Positions 50,395 through 60,227 of a DNA stretch of 64,000 nucleotides are shown here, one piece after another. The first letter of the stretch is position 1. The number at the start of each line of letters is the position of its first letter. Source of the DNA: an uncultured delta proteobacterium (GTDB lineage: Bacteria; Myxococcota_A; Polyangia; Polyangiales; Polyangiaceae); contig CAWKKR010000004.1 in NCBI GenBank assembly GCA_963850305.1, positions 320,001 through 384,000 of the forward strand, read 5' to 3'. A program made the position numbers and the translations under genes. The notes beneath the pieces were generated by a model, which was not told the DNA's origin, searched no databases, and saw only the letters and a list, made by a program, of their open reading frames with translations.

Positions 50395-51921
50395 GTGCTC
50401 GGATCGTCGCCCCGGAGATCGAGCGACCGCGGAGAGGGCTTTCCGATCGCGGAATACGTTTCCGTCGCGATCGTCGCGCTCGCGTACTTCACGATCGTCG
50501 CCAGGCTTCGCATCGTCGACGACGACGAGGGGTTTTACGCGCTCGCCGGTCGCGCGTGGATGGGCGGGCGAGCTCCCTACCGCGACTTCTTCTTTCCACA
50601 GATGCCGCTCAGCGCAGCGTTCTACGGCGTGGCACGCGCCCTGCTCGGTGCCGGCCTCGCGCGACTCCGGCTTCTCGACGCCGTCTGCGCGGCGGGAACG
50701 ACGCTCTGCGTCCACCACGCCGCGCGGCGAGCCGATGGCCGCCTCGCGGGAATCCTCGCTGCGACGCTCTTCGCCGCGCACACGCTCGTGTGGGAGTGGG
50801 CCACGACGGTGAAGACGTTCCCGCTCGGGCTCCTGTGCGGCACCGCGGCGCTCGTCGTCGCGACGCACCCGCGCCTGACGCGGACACGTGCCTTCGTCGC
50901 CGGAGCCCTGGCCGGCGCGACGGTGGCGGCGCGCGCTCTCTCCTTGCCGATTGCCGTGGTTGCGCTCGCCGCGCTCGCGAAGGACGGCGAAGCGTCCGGG
51001 CCGCGCGGGAAGAGAATCGCAGCCGGGCTCGGCGGATTCACGCTGGGACTCGCGCCAGCCCTCGCGCTCGCGGCGCTCGATCCCCGGGCGTTCTGGTTCG
51101 ACAACGTGACTTACCATGCGCTCCGGAGCCCCGGCATCGGCCTGGTCAAGGACGCGGCGCAGAAGCTCGACGCGGCGCGGGCGGTCTTTCTCTCGCCGTG
51201 GGGAGCATGGCGCCCGGACGCGACCGGCGTGCAGACGACGGCACTGCTCGTTGCCGTCGCGATGGCCATCGGTTCGCGCGCGCACGGACTGGACGCCCGA
51301 GCGCGCGCGCGGCTCGTGCCGTTCGCCGTTGCGACCTTCGCCACGGTCGCAACGGCATTTCTGCCCTCGCCGGTCTGGGTCCAGTACTTCGCTGCCGCCG
51401 TCGCACCGGCGAGCATCGTCGCAGGGTGCTGGCTCGCGTCGCGTCGCGGTCTTCGGCGCGTCGCGACCGGCGCCATCGTCGCTTACGTCGTGGTCATGAT
51501 TCCGTCGTGGCGGGATCGCCTCGTCGTTCAGCCCCCTGCCCTGCGCTCGTCCGCGGTGGATGCCGTCGGCGTCGCGCTGGATGCCCTGACGAACGCTGGA
51601 GACCGCGTCGCGGCGCACTGGCCGAGCTACCTCGTCGCGTCGAAGCGGTGGCCGATCGACGCCTCGCTGAACCAGTTCGCCCGCCTCTATTCCGACCGCG
51701 TTCCCGAAGCGGACCGTCGGAGATATCACCTTTACACGGAGGCGGAATTTCGCGCGGAGCTCCTCGGCGGCGAGGCCAGAGCTTTCGTCGTGGGCAGCTT
51801 CGTCGTGCCGGCGACCGCGAGCGCACTTTCCCGTGCGGGGTTCCGTCGATTGGTCGATCTTCCCGGCGCAAGCGTGTGGCTTGCTCCACGAACCGGGCCG
51901 GAAAACCCGAGCGGGGAATGA
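50395..51921 (+). CDS. Membrane glycosyltransferase, GT-C/ArnT-PMT-like
   Basis: DDDEGFY...GRAPYRDFFFPQMPL followed by many TM helices; start uncertain. Confidence 0.7.
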   Translation: MLGSSPRRSSDRGEGFPIAEYVSVAIVALAYFTIVARLRIVDDDEGFYALAGRAWMGGRAPYRDFFFPQMPLSAAFYGVARALLGAGLARLRLLDAVCAAGTTLCVHHAARRADGRLAGILAATLFAAHTLVWEWATTVKTFPLGLLCGTAALVVATHPRLTRTRAFVAGALAGATVAARALSLPIAVVALAALAKDGEASGPRGKRIAAGLGGFTLGLAPALALAALDPRAFWFDNVTYHALRSPGIGLVKDAAQKLDAARAVFLSPWGAWRPDATGVQTTALLVAVAMAIGSRAHGLDARARARLVPFAVATFATVATAFLPSPVWVQYFAAAVAPASIVAGCWLASRRGLRRVATGAIVAYVVVMIPSWRDRLVVQPPALRSSAVDAVGVALDALTNAGDRVAAHWPSYLVASKRWPIDASLNQFARLYSDRVPEADRRRYHLYTEAEFRAELLGGEARAFVVGSFVVPATASALSRAGFRRLVDLPGASVWLAPRTGPENPSGE

Positions 51922-52072
51922 CCGGACGAGAGCCGGACCGCGCGGAGTGCGCGGGCCCGGAAGGAAAAAAGCGCGCCCCTTTTGGGTAGGACGCCGGGCA
52001 TGATACGCTGACCGGTGACCGCGGCGACCGCGAGGGCGTCGATCGGTTCGCTGATTCCGTTTTACTTTCGCC

Positions 52073-53494
52073 ATGAACGACGACCCCTCCGCCCTTGAGC
52101 CAGGCTCGGTACTCGCGGGCAGGTTCCGCGTCGTGCGCTGCATGGGCGTCGGCGGGATGGGCGCCGTCTACGAGATCGAGCACGAGCTCACCAAGCACCG
52201 TCGAGCGCTGAAGTTGCTTCATGCCTCCATGGCGGCGATTCCGGGCGTCGTCGAGCGCTTCTTGAGGGAAGCCTCGGCGGCCGGCCGCGTAGGCAATCCG
52301 CACATCGTGGAGAGCTTCGACGCCGGCACGCTCGACACCGGTGAGCCGTACCTGGTCATGGAGATGCTGCGCGGCGAGACTCTCGCGAGCTGCATCGAGC
52401 GGGGGCCCATGCCCATCGCGGAGGTCGTCGACCTTATCGGTCAGGCCGCCGCGGGGGTGCACGCGGCCCACGAAGCCGGCATCGTGCATCGCGATCTCAA
52501 GCCGGACAATCTCTTCGTCGTGGACGTCGAGGGGCGTCCATTCGTCAAGATTCTCGACTTCGGGATCTCCAAGTTCGATCCGGGCAAGACCGGCGGCATG
52601 GCGCTCACCCAGGAAGGCGCCGCGCTCGGCACGCCCTACTACATGTCCCCCGAGCAGATCCGCGGCGAGGCGAACCTGGACGCGCGCACCGACGTCTACG
52701 CACTTGGAGTGATTCTCTACGAGTGCGTGGCGGGGTTTCGGCCGTTCGAGGCCGACGCGCTCACGCAGCTCGCGGTGCTCATCCACACCGGAAAACCAAA
52801 GCCGCTCTCGGAAATCCGCTCGGATCTGCCGCCCGGATTCTCCGACCTCGTCGCGATGGCGATGGCGACGGACCGCGAGCAGCGAATCCAGAGCGCCCGT
52901 GGACTGCGAGCCGAACTCGAAAAGTTCGGCTCGATCTCGTTCCGCGGCACGACGGGAACCGGACCGTCGCCCTCCATGGCGATGGCCCCGCCGACCGCGC
53001 CAGCGCGCTCGCTCGCTACGAGCGCGGCAGCCGTGTCCGTGCGCCCGGTCACGCCCGTTCCACCTCGGAAAAAATCTCAGGGGGTCCCCATCGCCGCAGG
53101 CTTCGGCATCCTTGCGGCAGCGGCGATTGGCGCGGTGATGTTCCATCGCTCGAGCACGACGCCGAGCGCCGACACCCCCCCAGCGCCCTCGGTGGTCGCT
53201 CCGGTGGCCGCTGTCGCGCCGCCGCCGGTTGACACGACCCCCGTCGAACCCGTGGCCGCTCCGGCGCCCGCACCCTCCGTCGCTCGCCCGGCGCCGAGCG
53301 CAGCGACGCATCTCGCGCTCGCGAAGGGGCCCTCTGCTCACGCCCCGTCGCCGGTCGTCTCGCCGACTCTCGCACCGCCGGCACCTCCCGTGGTAATCGC
53401 CCCCCCCGCCGTTCCGGGTCCAGCCCCTGCTCCGGAACACAAGGCCCGCCGCGCGGACACGGAGGGGCTCGCGAAGGACAATCCATTTAAATGA
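52073..53494 (+). CDS. Serine/threonine protein kinase (Pkn2 type)
   Basis: GVGGMGAVY, ALK, HRDLKPDN, DFGISK, GTPYYMSPEQ; TM segment and Pro-rich tail ending DNPFK. Confidence 0.95.
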   Translation: MNDDPSALEPGSVLAGRFRVVRCMGVGGMGAVYEIEHELTKHRRALKLLHASMAAIPGVVERFLREASAAGRVGNPHIVESFDAGTLDTGEPYLVMEMLRGETLASCIERGPMPIAEVVDLIGQAAAGVHAAHEAGIVHRDLKPDNLFVVDVEGRPFVKILDFGISKFDPGKTGGMALTQEGAALGTPYYMSPEQIRGEANLDARTDVYALGVILYECVAGFRPFEADALTQLAVLIHTGKPKPLSEIRSDLPPGFSDLVAMAMATDREQRIQSARGLRAELEKFGSISFRGTTGTGPSPSMAMAPPTAPARSLATSAAAVSVRPVTPVPPRKKSQGVPIAAGFGILAAAAIGAVMFHRSSTTPSADTPPAPSVVAPVAAVAPPPVDTTPVEPVAAPAPAPSVARPAPSAATHLALAKGPSAHAPSPVVSPTLAPPAPPVVIAPPAVPGPAPAPEHKARRADTEGLAKDNPFK

Positions 53495-55032
53495 CGCTTG
53501 GGCATCGATCTTCTTTGTGGGCCTTCCTCGGCGCACTCGCGCTCCTCCATTCTTCGATCGCGCTCGCAGACTCGCCTCCAGACGCCAAGAAGGCCGAGGC
53601 CGCACAGCGCTTCGATCGCGGTCTGTCGCTCTTCGACGACGGCGACAACGCGGGCGCGCTCGCGGAGTTCAAGCGCACGTATGAGCTCTTTCCGAACCCG
53701 GTGGTGCTTTACAACATCGGCCTCGTCTATGCGGCCATGGGCCGCCCGGTCGACGCCGTCGACGCGCTCGGCCCGGCGGTGAAGGCCGGCGGCCTTTCCG
53801 GGGCCGAGCTCGAATCGGGCGAAGAAGACCCTCGTCGACGAAGAGGCGCGCATCGGCCGCCTCACCGTGACGACCACGCCCGACGGTGCGACCATCGATA
53901 TCGACAACGTCGAGGTCGCCAAGACACCGCTGACGGCGCCGCTCCGCGTATCCGAGGGCAATCACATCGTCGGCGCCGTTTCACAGGGCTTCGCGCCGGC
54001 GCGCAAGGAAGTCGTCGTCGCGGGTAACCAGGACGTCACGCTCCACCTCGACCTCGTGCCGACGCAAGGCAAGGCGCTCGCGAATCTCACCGTGCACTCG
54101 AACATCGCGGACGCGACCGTTCGCGTCGACAACGAGGCCGTCGGAAAGACGCCGCTCGCAACGTCGTTGACGCTCGTTGCGGGGCATCACCAGGTCGAGC
54201 TCTCGCGCCCCGGGTACTCCACGTCGCGCAAAGAAGTCGACGTGGGCGAAGGCGCGACGGGCGAGCTCGACTTCACTCTCCCGGTGGACCCCTCCGCTCT
54301 CGGCACCGAAGGCGCGGAGCTCGCGATCGAAGCCAGCGAGTCGGGCACGGACCTGACCATCGACGGCGATCACCGCGGTCCGTACGAGAGCCCGCTGCGG
54401 CTTCCGCGCGGCACCCACCACATCAGCGCCGTCGCGCCAGGCTTCTACCCGGTCGAGCGCGACGTCACGCTCGACGCGGGCCAGACGAACATCGTCCGCC
54501 TCGCGTACGATCCGACGCCGGAGACGCGCGAGGCTTACGAGAGCAGCGCGCGCCTGCATCGCACCTGGGGATGGATCGGCGTCGCGAGCGGCCTAGTCAT
54601 CGGTGGCGTGGGCGGCGCGTACCTGGTCGTGAACAAGAGCGCAAATCGAGCGCTCAGTCCGACTACGACAAGGCGCGCGCGGTCGAGGCCTACGGGAACA
54701 GCAAGGCGACCAACCCGCCGCCCCAGCACCCGTGCGCGACCTTCGCCCCCGCTGCAGACGGCACGACGGACAGCCCGGCGGCCTGCGACGCTTACGTGCA
54801 GGGCTACTCCGACAAGCTCGATAGCGTGAAGAATCGCGACATCATCGGCTACGTCGGCATCGGCGTCGGCGGGGCCGCCGTCGTCACGGGCGTCATTCTG
54901 CTCGTTACCGGCGGGGACCCGGGCAAATACGACAAGCCCACCTCCCGCTCGCTCGGCCACAACGACGGCCCGAAATTCGCACTGACGCCCGGCCCAGGCC
55001 AGATAGGCACGGGCTTCAGCGTAACCTTCTGA
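53491..55032 (+). CDS. TPR + PEGA-domain exported protein with two frameshifts (53812-53816 and ~54643)
   Basis: Three consecutive ORFs (53491, 53867, 54571). Deleting one A in GAATC gives ELDRAKKTLVDEEARIGRLTV; PEGA repeats (VAKTPL, VGKTPL); ATGA overlap with the kinase. Confidence 0.8.
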
Positions 55033-55063
55033 GCCCCCGGCGCAATCGGGTGCGCCCCAGAAC

Positions 55064-55169
55064 CAAAACCCCCCGCTTGCTCCAGCCCTTTCACGGCGCC
55101 GAGCGCAGCGAGTACCGGGGGGAGCGGTCGCGCAGCGAGCCGCGGGGGGGACAGGTGGGACACCCCCCA
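55064..55169 (+). repeat. REP-like dispersed repeat (long variant)
   Basis: Nearly identical to 60228-60326; shares the core GGGGGAGCGGTCGCG-N-AGCGAGCCGCGGGGG with the 31.1-kb array. Confidence 0.9.
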
Positions 55170-55213
55170 AGAACAAAACCCCTCTTACATGCTAGGACGC
55201 CACCACCCGCTTC

Positions 55214-56188
55214 ATGGACATCCTTAAAGCCGTCACGGCCACGTGTGCCTTGCTCTCCGCCGTCGGGTGCGCCGGAGACAAAGGCGCACCAACAAAACCC
55301 GGCAGCGGCTCCGGTGGGGCGTCGACCGCCGGCCTGGATGCGACCACTCCGCTTGTCGAAGCTGGGGATTTCGCTACGTGCCAGGACGCGGGCGGCGCGC
55401 CGGCGGATGCGGGCCTCGTGTGCATTCTTCACGTCTCGGGGCGCGCCATCGACCAGAACGGCGCACCCGTCGCGGCGCAGTCCCTGGTGTCGGCGTGCGG
55501 TCCGGCGCAGTGCAACCCCGGTATCACGGATGCCGGCGGGCACTTTCGCATCGGCGTCGGGCTCGACATCGTCCCGGACGTGTACTCGGTCCAGGTCCAC
55601 CTGAGGCCGAACTTCGCCGCGTTCTATTACCGGCTGCCAGAGGTGCCGGGTCCGTACATCGACATCGGGAACGTGCGCGTTCTGCCGATGCCAGCGAGCG
55701 GGCCGTCGCTCGTCATCGATCGCGCGGGCTCGGCGGCACAGTCGGTCACGAGCGGCGACGTCACGCTCGAGGTGCCGGCGAGCACGTACGTGCGCCTCGA
55801 CGTGGAGGCCAATCTCGCGGGCGCGCTCGGCACCCAGTTTCGCGCGCTCCGCATCCCCGACGCGTTCTTGCCGGAGTACGCGCCGCCGTCGACCGGCATT
55901 CGCGTGCTGTACGCGATGGAGCCGTTCGAGGCGTCGTTCGAAGTCGGCGGGCAGCCGAACGTGCTCACCAACGCGCGGCTCTCGTTCGTGAATTACGCGA
56001 AGTTCGCTGCCGGGTCGTCCGTCGACCTGATGGCGCTCGGGAGCTACGTGTTTCCCGAATGGATCCCGCCGGCCACGTTTCAGAAGGTGGCGACGGGCCA
56101 CGTCTCTACCGACGGAAACACCATCGAGCTGGATCCGGATCAAGGACTGCCGTACCTCACGTGGGTCGGCCTGAGGAGCACACCATGA
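55214..56188 (+). CDS. Hypothetical lipoprotein
   Basis: Lipobox AVGC; VSGRAIDQNGAPV...TDAGGHF (carboxypeptidase-regulatory-like strand pattern). Confidence 0.65.
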   Translation: MDILKAVTATCALLSAVGCAGDKGAPTKPGSGSGGASTAGLDATTPLVEAGDFATCQDAGGAPADAGLVCILHVSGRAIDQNGAPVAAQSLVSACGPAQCNPGITDAGGHFRIGVGLDIVPDVYSVQVHLRPNFAAFYYRLPEVPGPYIDIGNVRVLPMPASGPSLVIDRAGSAAQSVTSGDVTLEVPASTYVRLDVEANLAGALGTQFRALRIPDAFLPEYAPPSTGIRVLYAMEPFEASFEVGGQPNVLTNARLSFVNYAKFAAGSSVDLMALGSYVFPEWIPPATFQKVATGHVSTDGNTIELDPDQGLPYLTWVGLRSTP

Positions 56189-57039
56189 GAATTCACCTCG
56201 TCGCGCTTTCGGCCACCCTCGCTCTAGCGAGCGCCTGCGGCAGTTCCGGGCCAACCGGCTCGAACCAGTCGCCCAGCGATGGCTCGGGCGGCTCCGCAGG
56301 TTCTGCCGCTGGAACCGGCGGTGATACCAGCTCCGGAGGCGTCACCGCCGGCAGCGGTGGCGTGTCGCCTGGTTCGGGGGGCACCGGAGTGGTTGGCTCG
56401 GGCGGAACCGCCGCACAAGGTAACGGCGGAACCGGCGCAGGCGACACGGGTTCGAGCGACTCCGGCGTGGGCGGCAACGTCACGGCGTGCCCCGATCCCG
56501 GCGCGTACCCGGCGGGCCCCTACGGCAACACAGTCGGCGCGACGATCACGAACCTGCCGCTACAGGGTTACGTGAACGCGACCGGCGACGCGCTCTCGAA
56601 CACGCTCCCGTGGACCGCCGCTTACTCGCTGCAGGATGTCCGGAAAACATGCGTGCCGTACCTGCTCATTCACGTCTCGGACTTTTCGTGCCCGGGTTGC
56701 CAGCACGCCGCGAAGCAGCTCGGCATCGACGGCAAAGGGATCCTCGACGCCGGCGGTGGCGTCATGGACATCCTGAGTGCGAACGCGCTCATCTTCGCGT
56801 CCACCGAGGACGAACTGAACGCCTGGATCACGACGGCCAACGAGGACGTCGACGCGTTCATCGACGCGGATAGCGACCCGATGGGGGCATTGAACGTCGC
56901 CACGGTTCGCGAGACCGCGTTCATCGTTCAGGTCCCGAGCATGCAGATCGTGTGGCTGGTCCATGGCGACGTCACCGGCACCCAGCCGCCCAGCATCGTC
57001 GCGGCCGCGGCGGAAATGCACACCCTCCTCGGGAAGTGA
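56185..57039 (+). CDS. Lipoprotein with a thioredoxin-like CxxC domain
   Basis: Lipobox ASAC, Gly/Ser linker, [25 protein letters not shown] overlap with the upstream gene. Confidence 0.7.
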   Translation: MRIHLVALSATLALASACGSSGPTGSNQSPSDGSGGSAGSAAGTGGDTSSGGVTAGSGGVSPGSGGTGVVGSGGTAAQGNGGTGAGDTGSSDSGVGGNVTACPDPGAYPAGPYGNTVGATITNLPLQGYVNATGDALSNTLPWTAAYSLQDVRKTCVPYLLIHVSDFSCPGCQHAAKQLGIDGKGILDAGGGVMDILSANALIFASTEDELNAWITTANEDVDAFIDADSDPMGALNVATVRETAFIVQVPSMQIVWLVHGDVTGTQPPSIVAAAAEMHTLLGK

Positions 57040-57071
57040 CTGGCCCGCCGAGTAGAGGTAAGAAGGCGGGC

Positions 57072-58124
57072 ATGCGAACCCCCCGAGCGTTTCTTCAGCC
57101 CCTGGCCATCGGCGCGCCGGCGCCTGCACGCGAGATCCCGTTCAAGCCCTCGCGGATGATTCACTTCTTCGATCCGTCGAACCCGAAGATGGCGGCGAAA
57201 GTGCCGGACATCTCGAAGAAAGTCGACATCATCCTCGGCAACCTCGAAGACGCAATCTCCTCCGACAAGAAGCTCGACGCTCGCGAGGGTCTCATCAAGA
57301 TCGCGCGCGAGACGAACTTCGGAGACACGCAGCTCTGGACCCGCGTGAACAGCCTCGACAGCCCGTGGGCCCTCGACGACCTCATCCGTCTGGTCACGGA
57401 GATCGGCGACAAGCTCGATGTCATCATGGTGCCCAAGGTGCAGGGCCCCGAAGACATTCACTACGTCGATCAGCTCCTCGCGCAGCTCGAGGCGCGCGCC
57501 GGACTCAAGCGCCCGCTCCTCGTCCACGCGATCCTCGAGACGGCGAGCGGCGTCGCGAGCGTCGAGGAGATCGCCGCGGCCAGCCCGCGCATGCAAGGCA
57601 TGAGTCTCGGCCCCGCGGATCTCGCCGCATCGCGCCGCATGAAGACGACGCGCGTCGGCGGCGGCCACCCCGGCTACCTCGTCCGCACGGATCCGGACAG
57701 GGAGAAGCCGGACGCCCTCCGCATCACCGCGCAGCAAGACCTCTGGCACTACACCATCGCCCGCATGGTCGATGCGTGCGCCATGAACGGCATCCTTCCG
57801 TTCTACGGCCCCTTCGGCGACATCTCCGACCTCGTTGGCTGCGAGGATCAGTTCCGCAACGCGTTCCTGCTCGGCTGCGTCGGCGCCTGGTCGCTCCACC
57901 CGAATCAGATCGACATCGCCCGCAAGGTGTTCAGCCCGCCCCCGGAGGAGGTCACCTTCGCCAGGAAGGTCATCGCATCCATGCCCGCCGACGGCGCCGG
58001 CGCGACGATGATCGACGGCAAGATGCAGGACGACGCGACCGTCAAACAGTGCAAAGTCATGGTCGCCCTCGCCGAGCTCATCGCCACCCGCGATCCCGAG
58101 ATGAAGGCGAAGTACGGGTTCTAG
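57072..58124 (+). CDS. mcl: Malyl-CoA/beta-methylmalyl-CoA/citramalyl-CoA lyase (CitE superfamily)
   Basis: [70 protein letters not shown]; closely matches the Chloroflexus-type enzyme as recalled. Confidence 0.85.
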   Translation: MRTPRAFLQPLAIGAPAPAREIPFKPSRMIHFFDPSNPKMAAKVPDISKKVDIILGNLEDAISSDKKLDAREGLIKIARETNFGDTQLWTRVNSLDSPWALDDLIRLVTEIGDKLDVIMVPKVQGPEDIHYVDQLLAQLEARAGLKRPLLVHAILETASGVASVEEIAAASPRMQGMSLGPADLAASRRMKTTRVGGGHPGYLVRTDPDREKPDALRITAQQDLWHYTIARMVDACAMNGILPFYGPFGDISDLVGCEDQFRNAFLLGCVGAWSLHPNQIDIARKVFSPPPEEVTFARKVIASMPADGAGATMIDGKMQDDATVKQCKVMVALAELIATRDPEMKAKYGF

Positions 58125-58238
58125 ATCGCCGCGCCGGTCGAGACCGAGATCGTCCGTGTTGGGTTGCCTGCCGATCGCGAGGAGCACGTGCGATCCGGTC
58201 ACGGTCGGCTCGCCCGTCGCGCCGAACCCGCCGAGCCC

Positions 58239-58254
58239 TGGCACGGGCTCTGCA
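58239..58254 (+). promoter_or_regulatory. Candidate sigma-54 promoter upstream of egtD
   Basis: TGGCACGGGCTCTGCA, GG-N10-GC spacing, 110 bp before the start. Confidence 0.5.
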
Positions 58255-58363
58255 TCCCCGTTCCACGAGCTCCGGCGGCCATGCAATCAGACGCCCGCGG
58301 GGCAACGGAGGCGTTCGTGAAAATCCTGAACCGGCTCCCCAGCGCCTGCCTGTGGAACCTCCC

Positions 58364-59350
58364 ATGAGCATCGCCGACGACGTTCGCAGAGGGCTGACGA
58401 GTTTCCCCAAGACGCTGCCGCCCTACCTCTTCTACGACGAGGCCGGCTCGCAGCTCTACGAGCGCATCACCGAGCTCCCCGAGTATTACCTGACGCGCGC
58501 GGAGCGCGAGATCTTCCTGGCGCGCGCGCCGGAGATCGTCGCTCGCATCGCGAGGGACGCGCCCGGTCCGCTGAGCGTCGTCGAGCTGGGTGCCGGGAGC
58601 GCGTCGAAGACAGAGGTTCTGCTTCGCGCCGTGCTCGACAAACAGGGGCACTGCCTCTATCACCCGGTCGACGTCTCGACGACGGCGCTCGCAGAGGCCG
58701 GGCGTCGTCTTCGCGCCCGGTTGCCGCTTGCGACGGTTCGCCCCCTGCCGATGACCTACGAGCAGTCGATCCGCATGCTCGCGGACGTACCGCCGCCTCG
58801 GCTCTTTCTCTTCATCGGCAGCAGCGTCGGCAATCTCCCGGACGACGACGCTGCGACGCTCCTAGGGCGAATAACCGAAGCGCTCCGCGGCGACACCTGG
58901 CTGCTCCTCGGGACCGATCTCCGGAAGAGCCCGAGCGTGCTTCGGGCAGCCTACGACGACCACGCGGGGGTGACAGCGGCATTCAACAAGAACCTCCTCG
59001 TGCGAATCAACAGGGAGCTCGGCGGTCACTTCGACCTCGACCGCTTTCGTCACATCGCGCGATGGAACGAGGCTGTCTCGCGCATCGAGATGCACCTCGA
59101 GAGCACCGTCGCGCAAGAGGTGAGCGTGGATCGGCTCTCCCTCCGCCTACGCTTCGACGCGGGCGAGACGATCCATACGGAATCGAGCGCAAAATACGAT
59201 CTTCCTCGGATCGAGCGCCTCCTTGCCGCGGGCCACTTTCGACTCCAGCAGACCTACTACGACGCCGCGCATCGCCTTGCGCTTCACCTGGCGCGCGTCT
59301 CGCGTCCGGCCGCCCAGCGGCGACCGGACGTAACGTGGCGCGAAATGTGA
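58364..59350 (+). CDS. egtD: L-histidine N-alpha-methyltransferase
   Basis: PKTLPPYLFYDEAGSQLYERITELPEYYLTRAE, VELGAGSASKT, FIGSSVGN, AYDDHAGVTAAFNKN, IHTESSAKY. Confidence 0.92.
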   Translation: MSIADDVRRGLTSFPKTLPPYLFYDEAGSQLYERITELPEYYLTRAEREIFLARAPEIVARIARDAPGPLSVVELGAGSASKTEVLLRAVLDKQGHCLYHPVDVSTTALAEAGRRLRARLPLATVRPLPMTYEQSIRMLADVPPPRLFLFIGSSVGNLPDDDAATLLGRITEALRGDTWLLLGTDLRKSPSVLRAAYDDHAGVTAAFNKNLLVRINRELGGHFDLDRFRHIARWNEAVSRIEMHLESTVAQEVSVDRLSLRLRFDAGETIHTESSAKYDLPRIERLLAAGHFRLQQTYYDAAHRLALHLARVSRPAAQRRPDVTWREM

Positions 59351-59520
59351 TCGGGACTGACGCTCGTCCGAGGCGAGGACACCGAGCGGCGCAGGGCGGA
59401 CGGTCCATGCTGCCCTCCACGAAACCCGCGACCTGCGAGACTTCGCCGCGTCCGTCGCGCGCGCCCTCGACGCGACGCCGGCCCGAGTCCGAACCGACCA
59501 GCTCGAGGGTCGGGGCCCTA

Positions 59521-59985
59521 CTAAGAAAGGGGGGCGTTGCCCGCCCCGCGGGGCTTGCCGCGCGACCGCTCCCCCCGCCGCCTTCGGCGGGCTCGCTCCG
59601 CTCGCGTAGTTCCGCACCTCTTTGATCCCTCGGGGACGACGCTGCTCGTCGATGCGGAACTACTTACGGTCGTGCGCGGCGCAGCCGTCGCAGCCGGCTC
59701 CGGATGGAGCCGCAGCAAGAAATCCGCGATGGCAGCGTTCCGCGCCGTGATCCCGCGCGCCCTCGCGGCGACCTGATACTCGGGTCGAGCCTGCGCGGCC
59801 CTCGCGTACTCGCTCGCGCGCCGGAAGCGCTCCACTTGGCGTTGCTGCGCCTCCGACAGCCCTGCGCGCCGGCGCGGCGCAGCCGCCACGATGCACCGCC
59901 CGTCCTTCTGCAGGCGCAACACCAGCTGCCTGCCGAGCATCCCTGACAGCCCCTGAAGAATCAGATTGTTCACTACCGTTGCCAT
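59521..59985 (-). CDS. Small basic hypothetical protein; its tail runs through a hairpin and the REP copy, so the true end is uncertain
   Basis: GGAGAG RBS; MATVVNNLILQGLSGMLGRQLVLR...SEAQQRQVERFRRASEYARAA...NAAIADFL resembles a family I recall mainly from Bacteroidota. Confidence 0.65.
   Translation of the reverse strand: MATVVNNLILQGLSGMLGRQLVLRLQKDGRCIVAAAPRRRAGLSEAQQRQVERFRRASEYARAAQARPEYQVAARARGITARNAAIADFLLRLHPEPAATAAPRTTVSSSASTSSVVPEGSKRCGTTRAERARRRRRGERSRGKPRGAGNAPLS
59529..59605 (-). repeat. REP-like repeat, reverse-oriented copy of the 70-bp array unit
   Basis: Reverse complement reads GCGAGCCCGCCGAAGGCGGCGGGGGGAGCGGTCGCGCGGCAAGCCCCGCGGGG. Confidence 0.85.
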
Positions 59986-60092
59986 TGCACTCTCCGCGCG
60001 TGCTCGAGCCTTCGCCCATCGACGAACGCCGATGCAAGGCCAGGGCCAACCCGCCCCCCGCCCGGCGCCGTCGCACCGACGAGCCCCCTCCG

Positions 60093-60147
60093 TCGAACGA
60101 ACCTCGAACGAACGTCGGACGAAGGTCGGACGAACATCGGAGCAACC
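60093..60147 (+). repeat. Five degenerate 11-bp tandem repeats
   Basis: TCGAACGAACC, TCGAACGAACG, TCGGACGAAGG, TCGGACGAACA, TCGGAGCAACC. Confidence 0.8.
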
Positions 60148-60227
60148 TGCGGCGCGCTACGGAGCGGCACGGGAATAAAGTGCACGTGTGGTCGGTGTGC
60201 GACACTGTTGCGACCCGCGGGCCGGCA

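Noticed and set aside
58125..58363. SAM or other riboswitch upstream of egtD
   Set aside because: I could not match the conserved core of any riboswitch class; a sigma-54-like promoter explains part of the region
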